A program made the translations under genes and the position numbers. This document shows positions 59,135-64,000 of a DNA stretch of 64,000 nt, in pieces (within the stretch, counting starts at the first letter, position 1; each line of letters begins with the position of its first letter). The notes beneath the pieces were generated by a model that had not been told where the DNA came from, ran no database searches, and saw only the letters and a list, made by a program, of their open reading frames with translations. Origin of the DNA: Azolla caroliniana (taxonomy: Eukaryota > Plantae > Polypodiophyta); contig JBHGNT010000007.1 in assembly GCA_043228905.1 (NCBI GenBank), positions 18,166,001-18,230,000 on the forward strand, read 5' to 3'.

Positions 59135-62129
59135 GTATGTAACATGTTCTTGCACTGTTCTCCTTCCTTCTTCTCTCTGTATATTTATTTTCTCCATGAG
59201 GACTTCTTTTTCTCATCCATAGAACTTACTCTATTTTTATCGTTTCTTCTCTTTCTACATAGATTTATTCCTATGTGGGTTATTCTTCTTCTTGTTTCTT
59301 ATTAATGGATTATATGCGGATTTTTTACTGTCTGCTTTCTTATTCGATCATGTTTTTATTATTTATTTGCTTTCTATATTCTTCTGATTTTGATACAACA
59401 ATACCATTCTTCATGCTTCAAGGCCTCTCTCTTTTTCCTTTGGGTTCTCAAATGCTATTCATTTTGATGTTTATCTATGAATTTGGATAGTAGACTGTAT
59501 ATCTCATATCTCCAGAGGGATGCGTGAAAGTTTTCTCAAGAGGTGGTTCTGGTTCTTGTTATGGAGGTTCAATAGAGAAACCATAGCTCCTATTACATCA
59601 CAGAAAAAATACTTGAGAAAAGTTCATATATAGTTATTTGGTTGCTATGCGAGTTTGCTTCATGAACAATAAACATTTGAATGGAGATATTAAGCAATGC
59701 CAAAGAAGGGGATAAATCACAACTATGGAGTAGGTAAGAGAAAAGCACAAGTATGGAGTGGTAGATGATTTTTTGAGATGGAGAAGAATGCATTGCAAGC
59801 AATGTAAAAGTTAAAAAAAAAATATCCAATTTTAATTATCGATATATACAGAAATGAAGAGAGAAATAAGCATTGAGGAATAAGTGATCAAAAGTTGTAA
59901 ATCTTCTGAAAGCATGCCTTTCCAGCTGAACGGCAGCCATTTCTATCTGCCCATACACGCAATTCTGAAAGGAGGGATATATAAGGTTGTATGATCACAT
60001 TGTACGAACACACTGTACTTGTAGCTGTAAGGCATATGAAAACAACTTTTCGGAGGCAAGGAAGACGCTACACATATGAATGCCAGGGGATATTAAAGAG
60101 TCATTGTAGTCTATATAGAAATGCCAGGAGACATGAAAGAGTCACTTCAATCATTGATGATAGTAGATATATGGAAGTCCTTGTGGTTTTTGGTAAATAA
60201 GAAATCAAGGACGCGTGAAAGAGTCACCATAATTGATATATGGGAAGGCTAAGAGACCTGAAAAAATCACCATAGTTTCCATTTCTGGGAGAAATGAAAT
60301 AACTATAGTTTGTGCTGCTGTTGGATATGAAAGAATCACTATAGTCATTGACACATGAAATGAAAAAGAGATCGAGGTAGATCTTGTTAATATTTGTTAG
60401 TGTCAGAGCTTGCATGAGAATTATTAAAATAATATTGGAGGGTGCCAAAACCATTGTACTGTTGGTGATTACATAATTGGATTTCTTCTACCGTAGAGAG
60501 TACCATTTCAAAACTACAATATTAGGATACCAACCTCCACATCCTTTGGAACATAACCTAGAACATTGTGATTAGGTGGGATCATGACCCATTCTTACAA
60601 GGTAATGTAATTTGTAAGGTAGTCTCCTTGATTAATAATTGTAGAATGTTTGCTTATGTTATTTCCATTAAATTAAAATGCAAAGAAACGTTTTGGTCAT
60701 GTGCACCTAATTGTAAGCTCTGGTAAGTGGGTGGTAATGTCTGAAGTGCAAGCATGTCTATGAAGAGGTTCAGTCACAAACTGAGACTCATTTACAAAAG
60801 TTGTGCTTTTCCTAATGCAAGAAAATAAATAGAAATGCGTTGTATGACCATCCTACATTTTTTGTTTCATAAAAGAAGGCAAGAGAAGGAATAGGCAAAA
60901 GTCTTTCCAGAGTATTTTTTAATGTTTTATTTTTATTTGTTGATCTCATTTCATCGTAGAAACCTATAAATGCTTCTTACCTCAAAAATCTGAAGAGATT
61001 ATGATAGAGTAGCAATAGCTATTTTTTGTACATGCTGGCGACATCCCTCTATACCTTAGCCTCATCACCCTGTTATCAAACAATCCAGACCATTATCACC
61101 TGACATCAAGGATGCTTTACTAGGTGCAGAAACCATTCCATCTTGGATAGAGCCAAATTTTGAGATCTTTCAAAGATAATAGTTCCAATTCATCTAAGCT
61201 CACAAGGTTATGTGCTTAGCTTAGCTAATGATTTCAATATTTTTTGGTTTGTTCTCTAAGATGAGGCAACATTCTCAGATGGAATGTATTGGCCTCTTAA
61301 AAGAGGTTGCTATATCTTTGGAGGGACACTAAATCTATGAATCTTTTGTAATAAAACTCGGAACTAATTCAATCACAAATGTTGATGACTTAATCCTATA
61401 ACTTGAATCTCATAGTAAGTTACACGATATGCGCTTTTTGTGCTGTTGACATGTCCTCAGAACAGGATCTGTCCTCCTATGCCAACATATCTCTATCTCC
61501 AATTCATATATGCTGAGGTGTAGATCTGTCTAGTTGTACCTCTCAATTGGATCTAACCCACAAATGTTTAAACAGTTATGTCAATGATTAATTAGTGTAT
61601 GAACTAACCCACTTGTACACATTTCATGAGAACGTGTCATCTCATGGGAACCCACGCAACTGGATGTTATTTCTATGAGATATCTGGAGGGTATTGATCA
61701 TGATGTAGATGGGGTTTTTATTTCGTCTTTTTGGGCAATATGTTTTATTTTGGACGTACATTCGTGGAACAGGTACTTCAAAATTTATGTTAATGGCTTG
61801 TGTGCTCCTATACAATTTTGGCAATAAACTATGGATGATATGTTAGAAGAGCCAAAAATGTTATTTGTCTTGTTGAGATGGTTCATTCTGTACTAAACCG
61901 GCCATTAAGAGTTAATTAAAAAGCTGAGGCCCATTTGCATGTTGAAGGCTTATTTGTCTGTGCACAGTTTGGATGACAAAATTGCTAGTTTTGCTAATGG
62001 CCTTGCTTATAATTTTTTGTTCCTTCACATTTGCTTATCTCTTTTATGCCCTTCAGTCACATTTTAAAAATGTGATTTGTTCATAAAAGCTACTGCTGAT
62101 TGAATTGAGCATTGGTTTCTACTTTGCAG

Positions 62130-64000
62130 ATGAAAGTGTGTGACATATGTGGAGATGCTGGATTTTTGGACTGCCTTGCAATATGCAGTCAATGCAAGGA
62201 AGGAGCTGAGCATGTGTTAGTATTGTGTTTCTTATCCTTACAGATAGCAGAGGACAATGTTCTGAATCTTCTTTTTGTTCTTGCACAGGTATTGTATGGA
62301 ATTGATCCCCACTGATACTGTGGCTTCAGATTGGGTTTGTGAAACATGTGCTATGAATGTCAAGAATGCACTCTTCCCTAGTAATTCTTATAAGTATAAA
62401 AAGTTTGCAGACGGTAAAAGTGTATCCTTCTCAAAAGTATCTGAGAGAAATGATTGCAAAAACACATTCTCTATGCAATCACATAGTGAGGTCAAATCCG
62501 TGGAAAATGTTAAGAAACAATTCTGTTCTATGCGGACTATTGCTTACTCGGATACTAAAGTCAAAGCAATCGAAAATCACAGAACTCTTGTATCTAATCA
62601 AGAGAGAACAGAAAATGAAATAAACCTTGGGCTGAGATGCGAAACAAACATGAACATGTGTCCGAAACAAGTTTCCAGACTCCGTTGTTCTGAATCCAAT
62701 GGTAAACTACATGCAGAATCCAATTCTACACTCAAGTCAGAATCCAGTGTAAATCTAAATTCTGAATCTGATTCTAATCTAAGAACCAGGTCGTGTAAGG
62801 GGCAAGAGGAAACTGGTGCATTACTAACTTCAGAAAAAGTATCCCCTGTCAATGAAAACATCATGTTGCGAACCACTCCTTTAAAGAAAAAATTAGTAGA
62901 TAAATCTGTGATAAATCCCAAGTATCCCTCAAGTAGTGAGCAACAAACAGAACTCTTTGATATTATTACATCAGGCGATCCTCCAAAGACACCAAGTGTA
63001 AAACTAGAAGACATTCACAATCTGGGAAATAAAGATTCTTCTGAAATTGCACAGAACATCAATATGGACAAGGTGATGGAAAACAAACATACCTTATCAT
63101 GGAGGAAACCTGCAAATGAAATGGGAGAGGCAACAGATTTACGAGTATCAGGATCTGAGACCAGAATGACTGCAGGTGAACACACATCCCCTCCGAAGAA
63201 AGATGACTGGAAAGGTAGATCTGACGTACTTTCTAGCTCTTCGTCTGGCAATTTGAAAATGCAAGCTGGCACCAAACTGGAACCTACTACGGAGAATATT
63301 ATTGAAAACAAGATCAGTACATCATCAATGATACAGACACCGATGTTAGATTATGCTGGTCACATTTCCCAAGACAACAATGAAGCAACATGCAATTCAT
63401 CATGGGATGTTTTTGATCCTACCTCCAAGCAACAACTTAAAGTCTTACAGGGGTCTTGTGCTGATAATGACAGAAACAAGACCTTGCCAGGTTTAAGGCA
63501 TTTAAAAACAAGAGAAATTGCGGGTGTCATAGAAAGAGAAACAGAATTAGGGTCAAAAACGGAAGCTCAGGAAGAAATAATCAACAAAGATGGAGTGAAT
63601 GAAATTTTGAGGCCTTCAAATCAGGAGCCAGTTTGTGAATTTGTGAAGGATGATGCTAGAGATTATATTGGGCAGTGTGTAAGCAATAATGACATCATAA
63701 ATAGGGATTGTAGTAATGATGAAAAATCAACGTTCAATCCAACTGCTGTTGCATTGAGGTCTGTTTCTATGAAACCAAGTGGTAGTTTTCACAAGGACAA
63801 ATTAACAGCACCTTATTTATCTAGGCCATTTTTGACAAAAGTTGAGGAGAGTCATCAAGCTCAGCTTAGATCTAAGCTGAAAGATCCATCAAGTAAGGAA
63901 ATAATAAATAGAGACATTTCTAAACGACAATCAGCTAGATTTGGAAGTATGCCATCTGAAAAATCTATGAAGATTTCAGATCCTCGTTTAGCAAGTTATA
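62130..64000 (+). CDS. PHD-finger protein, AIPP2/PAIPP2-like (partial; exons 62130-62215 and 62289->64000)
   Basis: MKVCDICGDAGFLDCLAICSQCKEGAEHV|YCMELIPTDTVASDWVCETC (C4HC3); 73-nt GT-AG intron at 62216-62288; long low-complexity exon apparently open to the window end. Confidence 0.9.

Noticed and set aside
58274-59216. MYVC/HTYI-rich ORFs (also near 13.7, 43.1 and 57.3 kb)
   Set aside because: Translations of microsatellites.

Overview
Eukaryotic, almost certainly land-plant nuclear DNA. A non-seed plant is suggested by the Tcn1-like and Trp-primed Gypsy families, but that is inference. About 59 kb is nested transposon sequence. From left to right: an intact Ty3/Gypsy chromovirus pol with its 3' LTR and a clear -1 frameshift signal (1-4149); old relics; a small spliced Elongin C/SKP1-like gene missed by the ORF track (8300-8626); tRNA-Asp(GTC); a non-autonomous tRNA-Trp-primed LTR element containing a very young Copia that lacks most of PR and all of IN; a decayed Gypsy; and a 24-kb nest (34.6-58.9 kb). 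In the nest, three L1-like LINEs sit in one CA/CATA microsatellite tract and are interrupted by two inverted Copia copies, two solo LTRs and a hAT MITE. The window ends inside a PHD-finger (AIPP2-like) host gene. All coordinates were read by eye and no searches were run.
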